Below are positions 1 through 9,939 of a DNA stretch of 64,000 bases, piece by piece (the stretch's first letter is position 1; every line of letters starts with the position of its first letter). The notes under the pieces were generated by a model, which was not told where the DNA came from, made no database searches, and saw only the letters and a list, made by a program, of their open reading frames with translations. A program made the translations under genes and the position numbers. Origin of the DNA: Candidatus Danuiimicrobium aquiferis (GTDB taxonomy: Bacteria; Omnitrophota; Omnitrophia; Omnitrophales; Danuiimicrobiaceae); contig MHFR01000042.1 in the NCBI GenBank assembly GCA_001804285.1, positions 78,725 to 142,724 of the forward strand, given 5' to 3'.

Positions 1-524
1 TCTTGGATGAGGGAAGCCCGGTATGCTCTGAATCCGGATGAGTAATCCCGGACGCTTTTCATAGGGAAAATCATTTTCATAAATAAATTAGCCGCGTAAC
101 TGACCGCGGCGCGATAAGTGTTAACACCCGCTTGTCCGCCTCCTTTTTGAAATCGGGAGGCAATGACGACATCGGCTTCGCCTTTTTTAATTTTTTCAGC
201 CATCAAATGGATAATCGCCGGGTCTTGCGTGTCATCGCAGTCCATGCGAATGATCATATCGCTCGGGAGAGCATGCGCGGCGGCGTATTCAAATAAATCG
301 CGTGCCGTTTCTCCAAGCCCGCGATTAATGGAATGTTTAAGAACCGTGATCCGCAAACGGTTTGAAAAGGAAGCAGCCAATTCGGATGTTTTATCCACAC
401 TGCCGTCATCGAGCAAAATGACGGAAATGTCGAGATCATCTTTGCAGGCAAAATCGATTAATTTATTGAACAACCCAATAATCGAGGTTTCTTCATTAAA
501 TGCCGGCAGCAATAAATGAATCAT
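1..524 (-). CDS. GT2 family glycosyltransferase (DPM1-like), 3' end truncated by window start. Manual translation of the minus strand from ATG at 524 gives MIHLLLPAFNEETSIIGLFNKLIDFA...DDGSVD...RMDCDD (DxD-type motifs). The start overlaps the upstream gene stop as ATGA.
   Basis: Manual reverse-complement translation; continuous frame to position 1; GT2 motifs. Not in the ORF track because it has no stop in the window. Confidence 0.65.
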   Translation of the reverse strand, partial: MIHLLLPAFNEETSIIGLFNKLIDFACKDDLDISVILLDDGSVDKTSELAASFSNRLRITVLKHSINRGLGETARDLFEYAAAHALPSDMIIRMDCDDTQDPAIIHLMAEKIKKGEADVVIASRFQKGGGQAGVNTYRAAVSYAANLFMKMIFPMKSVRDYSSGFRAYRASLIQ

Positions 525-2179
525 CGGTTGACCATTTCGGGTAATGGCTGTTCTTCATCAATATCCAAACATTTTAAAATACCGGATTTTGTTTCTTTAT
601 AGCGGAACCCGCTTTCCGGGCAGGTCATCGCGCCGGTTTTGTCGGGTTTTGGCAACCGGACTCCGTGACGGCTCATCCATCCGGTTTGTGCGGCCGGGAC
701 GCCCATCATTAAAGCGTATGGGGGAACATTCCGGGTAACAACGGCCCCTGCGGCGATAAAGGCGTATGACCCGATTTCTACTCCGCAAACGATGGTGGCA
801 TTGGCGCCGATCGTCACTCCGCGGCGAATGATGGTTTTTTTATAAAGTGAATGGCGGTTAATTTCAGAACGCGGATTAATGACATTTGTCAGCACGCAGG
901 AAGGGCCAAGAAATACTTCGTCTTCAATGATCGCACCCGTGTAAACTGAAACATTGTTCTGAATTTTAACGTGACTTCCGATGACGGCATCTTTTGCAAC
1001 GAATACATTTTGCCCGAAATTGCAGTTTTTTCCGATTTTTGCGCCGGATGAAATATGGGAAAAATGCCAAATTTTAGTGTCTTTTCCGATTTCACAGGGT
1101 TCGTCGATGATGGCACTTTCGTGGGCAAAATAAGGTTTTTGTTGAACATGCAGCAAGTTAATTTTAACAGCAACAGCCTCACGATCCAAATCGCAGCTGG
1201 CTTGCTCGAGAATTTGAAGAACTTCTAAAGCACTTTCCCCGCCGGCCGTTTCTACGGGTTTCCCGTCCAGCCGGCCGATGAAATATTCGAGTTCTTTCGC
1301 AAGAGGTTCTCCCGGTTCATAAGGGATGACTTCCGTCGCACCGTCTCGCTTGACGGGTTCACCTTTCTGCCAGTCGATCCCTTTTTCAAAGAAAAGAATT
1401 TGTTTTTCTTTAGAAGAATCTTCAAATTGGAACATTCCTTTTGACCCGATGACGATCAGTCGGTGTTCTTTGAACGGGTGAAGCCAGCTGACGAAAATAT
1501 GGCCCACGATGTTATCCGGGTAAGTCAGGGAAGTGATCGTGACATCATGAATATGCGGTTGCAGGAACATTCCGCCGTTTGCAACCACTTTGATCGGCAG
1601 ATGGCCGATGAAATATTGGAAAATAGAAATGTCATGAGGCGCGAAACTCCAAAGCGCATTTTCTTCCTGCCGGACGGCGCCCAGATTAAGACGGTTGCTG
1701 TAAAGGTACTGAAGCTTTCCGATTTTTCCGTTTGCAATTAACGCTCTCATTTTCCGGATGGCTGGATGAAAGAGGAGAACGTGGCCGACCATAAGATTGA
1801 CTTTGAATTGTTTTGCAAGTTGAATGAGTTCTTGAGCATCCGGAGTGTTGAGAGACAGCGGTTTTTCAACGAGAACGTGTTTTTTGTGTTGAATAATAAA
1901 TTTTGCAGTTTCGTGATGGGTTATTGCCGGTGTTGCGACGACAAAACCAGCAAACGGTTTCTGAATAGCTTTGTTTAAGTGTGAGAAAACAGGGACGTTC
2001 GGATATTGTACGGAAAAAAGTTTTAAACGGGCTGGATCGGTATCGACAATTCCGCCTAAACAGCCCAGTTGATTTAAGGTCCGGATGTGGTTTTGTCCCC
2101 AACGGCCGGCACCAACGACACAGATTAATTTTGTTGTTTTTGGCGTTATTTTAAGAGTCTTTTTTGATTTAGCAGACAT
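521..2179 (-). CDS. Bifunctional Gfo/Idh/MocA NAD-dependent oxidoreductase plus left-handed beta-helix (hexapeptide) N-acetyltransferase, WbpB/WbpD-like fusion for UDP-diacetamido-sugar biosynthesis
   Basis: N-terminal Rossmann GAGRWGQNH; C-terminal half has repeated hexapeptide [LIV]-G-x-x-x-x motifs (IGKNCNFGQNVFV...IGSHVKIQNNV...IGANATIVCGVEIGSYAFIAAGAVV). Confidence 0.75.
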   Translation of the reverse strand: MSAKSKKTLKITPKTTKLICVVGAGRWGQNHIRTLNQLGCLGGIVDTDPARLKLFSVQYPNVPVFSHLNKAIQKPFAGFVVATPAITHHETAKFIIQHKKHVLVEKPLSLNTPDAQELIQLAKQFKVNLMVGHVLLFHPAIRKMRALIANGKIGKLQYLYSNRLNLGAVRQEENALWSFAPHDISIFQYFIGHLPIKVVANGGMFLQPHIHDVTITSLTYPDNIVGHIFVSWLHPFKEHRLIVIGSKGMFQFEDSSKEKQILFFEKGIDWQKGEPVKRDGATEVIPYEPGEPLAKELEYFIGRLDGKPVETAGGESALEVLQILEQASCDLDREAVAVKINLLHVQQKPYFAHESAIIDEPCEIGKDTKIWHFSHISSGAKIGKNCNFGQNVFVAKDAVIGSHVKIQNNVSVYTGAIIEDEVFLGPSCVLTNVINPRSEINRHSLYKKTIIRRGVTIGANATIVCGVEIGSYAFIAAGAVVTRNVPPYALMMGVPAAQTGWMSRHGVRLPKPDKTGAMTCPESGFRYKETKSGILKCLDIDEEQPLPEMVNR

Positions 2180-2430
2180 AACCCATGCTTAAGTTTAAGT
2201 TAAAAAAGCGAATCTATTGTCTCATTATTATCGGCCATTTTCACGCAAATCTTTGAGAAGTTTCTCTTTAAAAAAAACTGTAAGTTTATTCATGCGGAGA
2301 TTCGCAAACCAGAGAGAAATATTCCAGTTTGTTTTACAAAGAATGGATTGGCATAGAGGAAACGGTTTATATTTATGCTTTAGCCGTTTTTATAAAGAGA
2401 CGATGAATGAATGCTTGCATGGAGAGATGA

Positions 2431-3531
2431 ATGAAAGATCAAGATTGTAAATCAAAAAACTGGTTTGAACAAAATCCTAAGAGAACAACCATGTTTCTTA
2501 TTCTGGGTTTTGTTTTATCCGTAGAAGCGATTTCTCAAGGTTGTTTTTTCATTCAGCATCGATATTTTATTTTTAATGATCCCTTTAAGGTGCGGTATAT
2601 TCAGGAGATTCATGATGAAAGGGAATATGCGCTAAAAAAGAATTACCATGATGCGCGTTACCGCATTAACCGTGAAGGGTATCGAGGAGCAATTCTTCAG
2701 GGCGATCCGGACATTCTGATGCTGGGTGATTCCGTTCCTTTTGGATCCGGCGCTAAGGAACAGGAAACCTATCCCTATATTTTATCGAATCGTTATGGTT
2801 TAAAAGTGATTAACGGCGGAGTCCCGAGCTATTCCTATCGTCAGTCTTTGCTGCGCTGGCAAAAAGATTTTAATGGGATTCATCCCAAAATTGTGACGGT
2901 TCAAGCCGCGAACGATACATCGCTTGTCATGGAATATCAGAATGAATGGAAGCCAGGCCGAACGTGGCTTCGCAAGGCATGGATACCGGAAATATCCATA
3001 TTCGATTACGTTTTTAGCAATAGTGCCATTTATCATTATATCAAAATATTTTTTGCGAAAAATAAAAGCAAAACACAGGCAGAATTCGATCAATCCAAAG
3101 AAGAAAGTTTAAATCCGGAATTAGAAAACCGTTTTCTCAATGAGACAGCTTCGGAAATTGATGAGATTATTCGCTACAGCATCGCAACGAAAGCTTATCT
3201 CATATTAATACCGGTTAACCCCTTTTATTACATGGAACCGAAAGATTGGGAAAAGAATAAGAAATTGCATCACTGGACTAAAACATATTTTCAATACTTT
3301 CATTCCCGGACAGCACTATATAAAAAACTGAACGCAATATTGGAGCGTAAAGCTTCTCAATATCCGCATGTATTTTATTTTGATATTATCAGCGAGATGG
3401 ATAAAGGGAACCGTGACTTGATGTACCGGGATTATATCCATCATACGGCATATGGGAATTCTATTTTTGCGACTCAACTCTTTGAATTTATGAAGCAAAA
3501 AGGTCTTTTGGATATTCTCAAGAAGACTTAG
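2431..3531 (+). CDS. SGNH/GDSL hydrolase-family protein with N-terminal membrane anchor (paralog 1 of 3); likely true start at 2491 (MFLILGFVLSV)
   Basis: Block I GDS motif ILMLGDSVPFGSG; C-terminal D-x-x-H block (DYIHHT). Confidence 0.55.
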   Translation: MKDQDCKSKNWFEQNPKRTTMFLILGFVLSVEAISQGCFFIQHRYFIFNDPFKVRYIQEIHDEREYALKKNYHDARYRINREGYRGAILQGDPDILMLGDSVPFGSGAKEQETYPYILSNRYGLKVINGGVPSYSYRQSLLRWQKDFNGIHPKIVTVQAANDTSLVMEYQNEWKPGRTWLRKAWIPEISIFDYVFSNSAIYHYIKIFFAKNKSKTQAEFDQSKEESLNPELENRFLNETASEIDEIIRYSIATKAYLILIPVNPFYYMEPKDWEKNKKLHHWTKTYFQYFHSRTALYKKLNAILERKASQYPHVFYFDIISEMDKGNRDLMYRDYIHHTAYGNSIFATQLFEFMKQKGLLDILKKT

Positions 3532-4615
3532 TGTAACGAGTTTTATTTTTTCGCAACCATTTAAAAATAATATCCGCGATTTTGAAAGAGGCTTTACCGC
3601 TTCCATAAAACGCTTTCCATGCTCCGGGCCGTTTTTCCGCTTTCAGTAATGTTTTTAAATTTTCGATTTTCTTGCCAACTATCCGGTTCCAGCCGTTTTT
3701 CGTTGTTTCAATCCATTCTGTTTCAGTGCGAATCGTGATGCACGGTACTTTCTGTAAATACGCTTCCTTTTGAATGCCTCCCGAATCCGTTAAGATTCTA
3801 AAGGCATGTTTTTGCAGCATGAGCATATCGAAGTAACCAACGGGCGGAATGAAGCAAATCGTTGATTTGAATTGTTTTTTGATAGGTTTTAATATTTTTT
3901 CGGTGCGCGGATGAACGGGAAATATCGTTTTGATATTTGCCGTGTCTTGAATAAGACCGAGAATCTTTTTTAACTGATGTGGATTGTCGACATTTGAAGG
4001 GCGATGCAGCGTTAAAAGTTGGTAATCCTTAGGATTTAAGCGAAGCTTTTTCATGATGTACGAACGTTTTTCTGCAATTCTTGAAAAATGAAGAAGCGAA
4101 TCATACATCACATCACCGGTTAAATGGACGTTCTTTGTGATTCCTTCCTTCTTTAAATTGAATAGAGCTGTTTGAGTTGGCACAAAGAGCAGGCTTGATA
4201 ATCGATCCGCTGCTATCCGGTTGATCTCTTCCGGCATGGCTTGATTGCATGAACGCAAACCGGCCTCTACGTGAAAGATAGGGATATTTAACTTTGCTGC
4301 TGCGAGGGCGCCTGCGAGCGTCGAATTGGTATCCCCGTAAACGATGACGGCATCCGGCGGATGTGAAAGCAGCTCCGATTCGATTTTTCGAAGCGCTTCC
4401 GCTGTCTGTGTTCCGTGACTTCCGGAGCCAACATTAAGGTTGACCGCCGGTTCCGGAAGCCCGAGTTCCTCGAAAAATATTTTCGACATTTTAAAATTAT
4501 AATGTTGGCCGGTATGAATCATCCGTTCGGGAATTTTTTTCTTTTTTAGCACAGAAGACACCATGGCTGCCTTGATGAATTGTGGCCGTGCGCCGACGAT
4601 TGATGTAATGAGCAT
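3518..4615 (-). CDS. wecB: UDP-N-acetylglucosamine 2-epimerase (non-hydrolysing)
   Basis: MLITSIVGARPQFIKAAMV...HTGQHY and other characteristic WecB/MnaA motifs, over the full length. Confidence 0.85.
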   Translation of the reverse strand: MLITSIVGARPQFIKAAMVSSVLKKKKIPERMIHTGQHYNFKMSKIFFEELGLPEPAVNLNVGSGSHGTQTAEALRKIESELLSHPPDAVIVYGDTNSTLAGALAAAKLNIPIFHVEAGLRSCNQAMPEEINRIAADRLSSLLFVPTQTALFNLKKEGITKNVHLTGDVMYDSLLHFSRIAEKRSYIMKKLRLNPKDYQLLTLHRPSNVDNPHQLKKILGLIQDTANIKTIFPVHPRTEKILKPIKKQFKSTICFIPPVGYFDMLMLQKHAFRILTDSGGIQKEAYLQKVPCITIRTETEWIETTKNGWNRIVGKKIENLKTLLKAEKRPGAWKAFYGSGKASFKIADIIFKWLRKNKTRYTKSS

Positions 4616-4848
4616 GCAATCTTTCCGCTTTATTGAGTTTGTGAAGCAAAATGGTTCCTAATAAGATTACGGCCGGATGAAGGTTTTCTATAATCGGTAT
4701 CGGATGAATTCGCTTAATAAATGTCTTCAGCTTGACGAAAATAAGTTGAAGAGGTGAGGGGCTTTCCTCCGTTAGCTGTGGCAATGTATAAATATTTGTA
4801 ATTATTTAGTGTTTTGAAGGTATTCTCTGTAGACAGTATGTTCATTTC

Positions 4849-4918
4849 TGTCATTCCCGCGAAAGCGGGAATCCAGACGAACAGCTGGATGCCCGCTTTA
4901 GGCATGCGGGCATGACAC
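4849..4918. repeat. Paired-hairpin element (GTCATTCCCGC gaaa GCGGGAATCC ... GCCCGC..GCGGGCATGAC), intergenic
   Basis: Two adjacent stem-loops with (A/G)TNCCCGC / GCGGGNAT(G/C) stems. Confidence 0.8.
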
Positions 4919-4973
4919 AACTGGATATTGCCGTTACTTCAAAACGCTATAAATATTTAGCAGAAGGGTTTTC

Positions 4974-5963
4974 TTGATGATAAAGATTCGGTTTCCTTTT
5001 AAATATCTTCTTGTTGTTGTTTTTTCTATCCTTATATTTCTACTGGTCGGAGAAGTTTTGATCCGCTTGTATTTACATTCAAGAATTATTTATGACATTG
5101 AGATGTCCCGTTATTCAATGGCTGCAAAAGCAGATTCCCCGAACTCGAAAATCGAACATGTCCATAAACCGAATGTCCGGGGAAAATTTATGGGGGTTCA
5201 CCTTCGGACGAATTCGGACGGTTTGCGGGATGATGAATACCCCGTTGGAAAAACAGGAAAATACCGGATTATTTTTTTGGGTGATTCACTGACGCTCGGA
5301 TGGGGCGTGGAAGAGAAGGATACGTTTGAGAAAATTTTGGAATCCAAATTAAATCAAATCCGTCCGACCGAGATCCTTAATTTTGGAATCGGGAATTTTA
5401 ACACGGAACAGGAGGTGAATTTATTCCTCGAAAAGGGTTTGAAATACGAACCGGACCAGGCCGTCTTATTTTATTTTATCAATGATGCAGAGCCGACGCC
5501 GAAAAAATCAAAGCTGTGGTTTCTCGGATATTCACAAATCATTACGTTTTATTGGTCGAGGATGCATGCGGTCATCAACCGGTTTGTTCCATCTACGAGT
5601 TTTGGAGGCTATTATTCAAACCTTTATCGCGAAGATCAACCGGGTTGGACTCAAACAATGGAATCGTTTAGTGCATTAAAGAAAATCTGTGCGGAGCGCA
5701 GTATTAAATTGCAAGTTGTTTTGCTGCCGGAATTACATTATTTAAAGGAGTATCCTTTCAAGAAAGAATATCAGCAAGTGAGCGCACTTCTCGCGGCGCT
5801 TGGCATTGAACATCTTGATCTAACGCCATTTTTTAAGAATATTGAAAATCCGATGGAGCTGTGGGTTGCAAAGGATGACGCTCATCCGAATGCTAAAGCG
5901 CATCGGTTGATTGCGGAAGATTCGTTTGATATGCTTTCCAAACCGCTTCAGGGGAAAGCATAA
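4974..5963 (+). CDS. SGNH/GDSL hydrolase-family protein, N-terminal TM helix (paralog 2)
   Basis: IIFLGDSLTLGWGV (block I) and DDAHPN (block V); N-terminal hydrophobic helix. Confidence 0.6.
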   Translation: MMIKIRFPFKYLLVVVFSILIFLLVGEVLIRLYLHSRIIYDIEMSRYSMAAKADSPNSKIEHVHKPNVRGKFMGVHLRTNSDGLRDDEYPVGKTGKYRIIFLGDSLTLGWGVEEKDTFEKILESKLNQIRPTEILNFGIGNFNTEQEVNLFLEKGLKYEPDQAVLFYFINDAEPTPKKSKLWFLGYSQIITFYWSRMHAVINRFVPSTSFGGYYSNLYREDQPGWTQTMESFSALKKICAERSIKLQVVLLPELHYLKEYPFKKEYQQVSALLAALGIEHLDLTPFFKNIENPMELWVAKDDAHPNAKAHRLIAEDSFDMLSKPLQGKA

Positions 5964-6103
5964 AGGATGTAAAATGAAAAATTTTTTTAGCAAATATAAA
6001 ATTTTAATTCTGGTTATGTTTTCATTGCTTATTCTTAGCACACTGATTTTAATTTTATTTTCTGCGGGACCTCAACAAGGCGCTTTTATTTATCAGATTC
6101 ATT

Positions 6104-6338
6104 AACCCGGATTTATCATTGCTAACCCGGTTTTCTCATCGTTTTTCACACTCGATGAGAAAAACCGCTTTGGACAGCACGACTATTGGACGTGCTGTCC
6201 AAAGTTTTGCGCGCATAGACAAAACAGCGCGCAAAAGACAAGCCCTTTTGCGAAAGCAATTTAAATGATTTCCGCAAAAGCTCTTCGAGCGCATTTCTCA
6301 TCTTTATGGATGAGAAATGCGGGCTAATGAGAAATTCC
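6104..6338. repeat. Multi-stem-loop MITE-like element, ~190-230 bp (copy 1, reverse orientation)
   Basis: Shares TTCTCATCGA...TCGATGAGAA, TTGGGCGCAA/TTGCGCCCAAAG and GGGCGCAAAAGA(T/C)AAGCCC blocks with copies at 7519, 17243 and 30285. Confidence 0.8.
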
Positions 6339-6340
6339 GC

Positions 6341-7402
6341 TCATAATACATTTTTATTATTTTGATTTATTTTTTCAGGTTTTAATATCTTCAGATCAGT
6401 CGCTAACTTTCCAGCCATGAGCGCGTAGCCTTTTGGAGTGGGATGGCCGTCATATTCCATGCGAAGGCCTTTTTCAGTGAGATTCCAGCTGGAATAATCG
6501 AGGTATTGAATACCGGCGGTTTTAAAATAAGGAATAATTTTAGGCCCCAGTTTTTTTTGTTCTGGTAAAATAATGACAAAAAAATTGTTGCTTTTGAATT
6601 TTTCTTTGAATAAATCACGCGAACGTTCGAGAATTTTAGCAACCAGTTTAACATCGGAAAATCTTATTCTGGGTGGAAGGTCAATTTTGAAATATTTGAG
6701 AATTTGGCTTTTTCCCAAAAAGCTGTAAAATCTTGATAACCACGGCCGTCCGGTTCGAAAATCTCTACGACGGATGAGCTGGCCGTCTCGAAGTTGATAA
6801 TAAGGCATGGTGCGTCCCCACGCGTTATAAATAACCATCGAACCGATTGCGCGCGAAACATCTCCGTCGTGGAGAAAGTAAATTGCGACCCCGTCTTTTT
6901 GAGAGATTTCTTTTTTAAATTCCGGTCTTCCAAGATGCGCTAACATTTCTTGAGGGCCATATCCGGAGCAGCTGTAGTTATAAGGATAATATTCGGAAGC
7001 AAACCGTGCCATAAACGCAGGCAATGTGACTTCATCATTCACCCCTTCGCCAAAAGGAATGGATCCGCCAAAGAACAAAATGAATTTATCACGAATTTCT
7101 GGGTTCCCCATGGGGGCAATACGGCGGCTATAAGTGTCAGTCGTATATTTAACCCGATATAAAGGTTTTGCACTTACTTCTTTAAAAGCGAAAGTTTCAG
7201 TATTCGGTTTGGGTTTATAACCGATGACAGGATCTACTGAATATAGAGATTGGGAAAAGCCGGATGATTCTTTCAGTTGATTTTTTCGTGCTTTATTCAG
7301 AATTCCGCACGCAAACTCTGCGCAGCAAATAAGAATAACATATGCCAAGAATCCAATCAGGCAGGCCCCCAAAATCTGTTTGAACTTAAAAGTTGACATC
7401 AC
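6341..7402 (-). CDS. SGNH/GDSL hydrolase-family protein, N-terminal TM helix (paralog 3)
   Basis: ILFFGGSIPFGEGV and YDGHPT blocks; same architecture as 2431 and 4974. Confidence 0.5.
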   Translation of the reverse strand: MMSTFKFKQILGACLIGFLAYVILICCAEFACGILNKARKNQLKESSGFSQSLYSVDPVIGYKPKPNTETFAFKEVSAKPLYRVKYTTDTYSRRIAPMGNPEIRDKFILFFGGSIPFGEGVNDEVTLPAFMARFASEYYPYNYSCSGYGPQEMLAHLGRPEFKKEISQKDGVAIYFLHDGDVSRAIGSMVIYNAWGRTMPYYQLRDGQLIRRRDFRTGRPWLSRFYSFLGKSQILKYFKIDLPPRIRFSDVKLVAKILERSRDLFKEKFKSNNFFVIILPEQKKLGPKIIPYFKTAGIQYLDYSSWNLTEKGLRMEYDGHPTPKGYALMAGKLATDLKILKPEKINQNNKNVL

Positions 7403-7518
7403 GAATCAAAAGTAAAAGTTTCTAAGTTGATAATCCATTTAATGCATATCGCCATATTAATCGACTTCATCGCATTTTTCATTAGTTTTTTATCTTGAGA
7501 AGCGTATAATTTCATCTA

Positions 7519-7912
7519 CTAACCCGACTTTCTCATCGATTTTATGAATCGACGAGAAAGTCGCTTTGGGCGCAATAAGTTACGCCCAAAGTTTTGCGCC
7601 CTTGTTAAATCAGGGCGCAAAAGATAAGCCCTGCGTCGCAAAGACGCAAACATCTTTGCACCGCAGCTCTTACGAGCGGAATTTCTTATTAACCCGCATT
7701 TCTCATTGCTAAAGATGAGAAATGCGCTCGAAGAGCTTTTGCGGAAATCATTTAAATTGTTTTCGCAAAAGGGTTTATCTTTTGCGCGCTGTTCTATTTG
7801 GGCGCGCAAAACTTTGGACAGCACATCCGTATTAGTCGTGCTGTCCAAAGCGGTTTTTCTCATCGAGTGAAAAAATCGATGAGAAAACCGGGTTAACGAT
7901 GAGAAATCCGGG
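7519..7912. repeat. Composite: two MITE-like units back to back (a forward unit, then a unit matching 6104-6338 in reverse complement)
   Basis: Direct sequence comparison; the 114-aa track ORF inside it is spurious. Confidence 0.8.
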
Positions 7913-7954
7913 CTAAAAACTAATTATAAATTCTGGCAGACGATTAGGAAATGA

Positions 7955-9556
7955 ATGGGCAGTCGAAATAGATTAGAAACCGGTGCTGTTTACGATATCG
8001 CGGGTTGGCTTCTTGTCGCTACGGCGTTCATTTATACGGTTTTCCGGGCGTATTACCTTCCGATTAATCACGATGAAGCTGTTACTTTTCTGACTCAAAT
8101 CTGGAAGCCGAAATCGGTTTGGCAGATTATCACCTATTCTATTCCAACGGTTAATAACCATATTTTAAACACGCTTTTCATGAAATTGCTTTATTCGTGG
8201 TTTGGTGCTTCTGAATTTGGCTTCCGCATTTCGGCTTTATTCGGACATTTGCTCTATTTGATAGGAATTTATCTGATCTTGAGGCTTTTTATGAAAGGGC
8301 CCCGATTTTTGATCGGATTGCTGTTGTGTGTTAGTCATCCGTTTTTGCTCAATCATTTTTCCATTGCCAAAGGATATCCGCTTGCGCTTGGTTGGTTCAC
8401 GCTGGGATTATACTTTTCTTTTAGAGTCGCTATGGAAAACGATTTTAAGAAAAATAAAGAGGTAGCATACATTGTTCTTTCGTGTGCGATGCTATCGATT
8501 GCGGTGCTTGCCCATCTGACATTTTTAAATGTGTTTCTCTCGATGATCGTTCTCTTTATTATTTTAGAATTTGAAACCTGGTGGAACGAATTTCGGCGAG
8601 GGTCCTTTTTATTGCCTTTGTGGAAAGTGGTTTTGAATAAAATAATTTTACCGATTTTGCCATGGTGTATTTTTTTGGCGCTTATTTATACGGGACCGAT
8701 TATTAAATTACGGAAGTATCACGAATTTTATGTCGGCGGCGATCAAGGATTTTGGGCTGATACCGTTGCGAGTATGATTCAAGTGAGTATTTATCGTAAG
8801 CTTGATTGGGCGGGGGTGCTTATTTTCGGCGGAGTTGCTTTCATTGCAATTGTTTATGCATTTGGAGCGTTTTTAATTTTGGAAAAATTATTTAAGCGAA
8901 AGCCGTTTGAGTTGATCGACCGGCTGCTATCTTGGCTGGTTCTGCTCATGCTTTTTTGCTCTCTCTCAATCGTTTTTCAGCATATTCTTTTTGCGGTGAA
9001 ATACGGCATTGACCGGACGGCAATTTATTTCATCCCCATGTTTCTTCTCTATTTATGTGTATTATGGGAAAAAATCCAGGGCATGAGACCGTATTTAAGA
9101 CGGATTTTAAATCCTCTTTTTTCCGCATTGGCTCTGATTTCCATTGGGTATTTTATTTCTTGTGCAAACGTCAAAGAACATTACGGCAAGAACGGCGCTG
9201 ATATTGATCGATTGATGAATGATGTCCTGTCTTTGCGAAAAGCCGGAATTTTGGCAAAGACGCCGGTTGAAATCGGTTCCGACTGGCCGGATTCTCCGAT
9301 GATTAATTTTTATATCATCAAGAATAAAATGGATTGGACGCGCCCTTTGCCGCGATATCAGAATTTTGATCAGATCCAAAAGCGATTTGACTGCTACTAT
9401 TTAAGAAAAAGAGATGAGCTTTTTATTAAAACACACCGATTGAAAATCATTAAACATTATGAGTTGTCAGATTCTTATTTAGCGATTCCCGTTGAATATG
9501 CGAAGCTTTATGAAGAAAAGTTAATGGCCGTTAAAAAAAATGGGCGTTCTGAGTGA
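7955..9556 (+). CDS. Polytopic membrane protein, ArnT/PMT-like (GT-C fold) glycosyltransferase candidate
   Basis: More than 10 predicted TM helices in the N-terminal two-thirds, soluble C-terminal domain; sits in a glycan gene cluster. Family assignment is by architecture only. Confidence 0.45.
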   Translation: MGSRNRLETGAVYDIAGWLLVATAFIYTVFRAYYLPINHDEAVTFLTQIWKPKSVWQIITYSIPTVNNHILNTLFMKLLYSWFGASEFGFRISALFGHLLYLIGIYLILRLFMKGPRFLIGLLLCVSHPFLLNHFSIAKGYPLALGWFTLGLYFSFRVAMENDFKKNKEVAYIVLSCAMLSIAVLAHLTFLNVFLSMIVLFIILEFETWWNEFRRGSFLLPLWKVVLNKIILPILPWCIFLALIYTGPIIKLRKYHEFYVGGDQGFWADTVASMIQVSIYRKLDWAGVLIFGGVAFIAIVYAFGAFLILEKLFKRKPFELIDRLLSWLVLLMLFCSLSIVFQHILFAVKYGIDRTAIYFIPMFLLYLCVLWEKIQGMRPYLRRILNPLFSALALISIGYFISCANVKEHYGKNGADIDRLMNDVLSLRKAGILAKTPVEIGSDWPDSPMINFYIIKNKMDWTRPLPRYQNFDQIQKRFDCYYLRKRDELFIKTHRLKIIKHYELSDSYLAIPVEYAKLYEEKLMAVKKNGRSE

Positions 9557-9604
9557 CGGACCAAAGACGATCGCCCCCAAATAGGGCTGAATGAGGAGGG
9601 CTGC

Positions 9605-9859
9605 ATGATGAATGATCAAATGTTTTTGCTTCAGGGTATGTTAATTTTAATCATGGGGACAGGAACCGGAATCGGCTTTTTGTCGCTTTTTTGGCCGCTT
9701 CAATCGATCCAACTTTATCAATGGATCATGAAAATATTCAATTGGAAAGTTGAGCCGATAGACTTGAAGCGGGAACTTTCCACCACGAGAGTTCTAGGTT
9801 TCATTGCGATGGTGCTTAGTTTGTTGATTTTTGTCGTGATGAGATATGTGAATGGGTAA
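9605..9859 (+). CDS. Small hypothetical membrane protein (2 TM)
   Basis: GAGGAGGG RBS-like sequence upstream; two hydrophobic helices; no recognised family. Confidence 0.3.
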   Translation: MMNDQMFLLQGMLILIMGTGTGIGFLSLFWPLQSIQLYQWIMKIFNWKVEPIDLKRELSTTRVLGFIAMVLSLLIFVVMRYVNG

Positions 9860-9939
9860 CCCCTTTTATTTTTAAAGAGTAGATTCCAAGGCTATCATCA
9901 TTTTTCAAGTCCGTGGAAAGGTGTTTTGCGGAGCAAAAT

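Noticed and set aside
163-519. 118-aa plus-strand ORF from the track
   Set aside because: It lies antisense to a well-supported GT2 glycosyltransferase gene (minus strand, 1-524) and has no recognisable features. It is treated as a spurious antisense ORF.
7519-7863. 114-aa minus-strand ORF
   Set aside because: It lies entirely inside the composite MITE-like repeat. Its sequence is repeat-derived (same words as copies at 6104 and 17243), with no start context.
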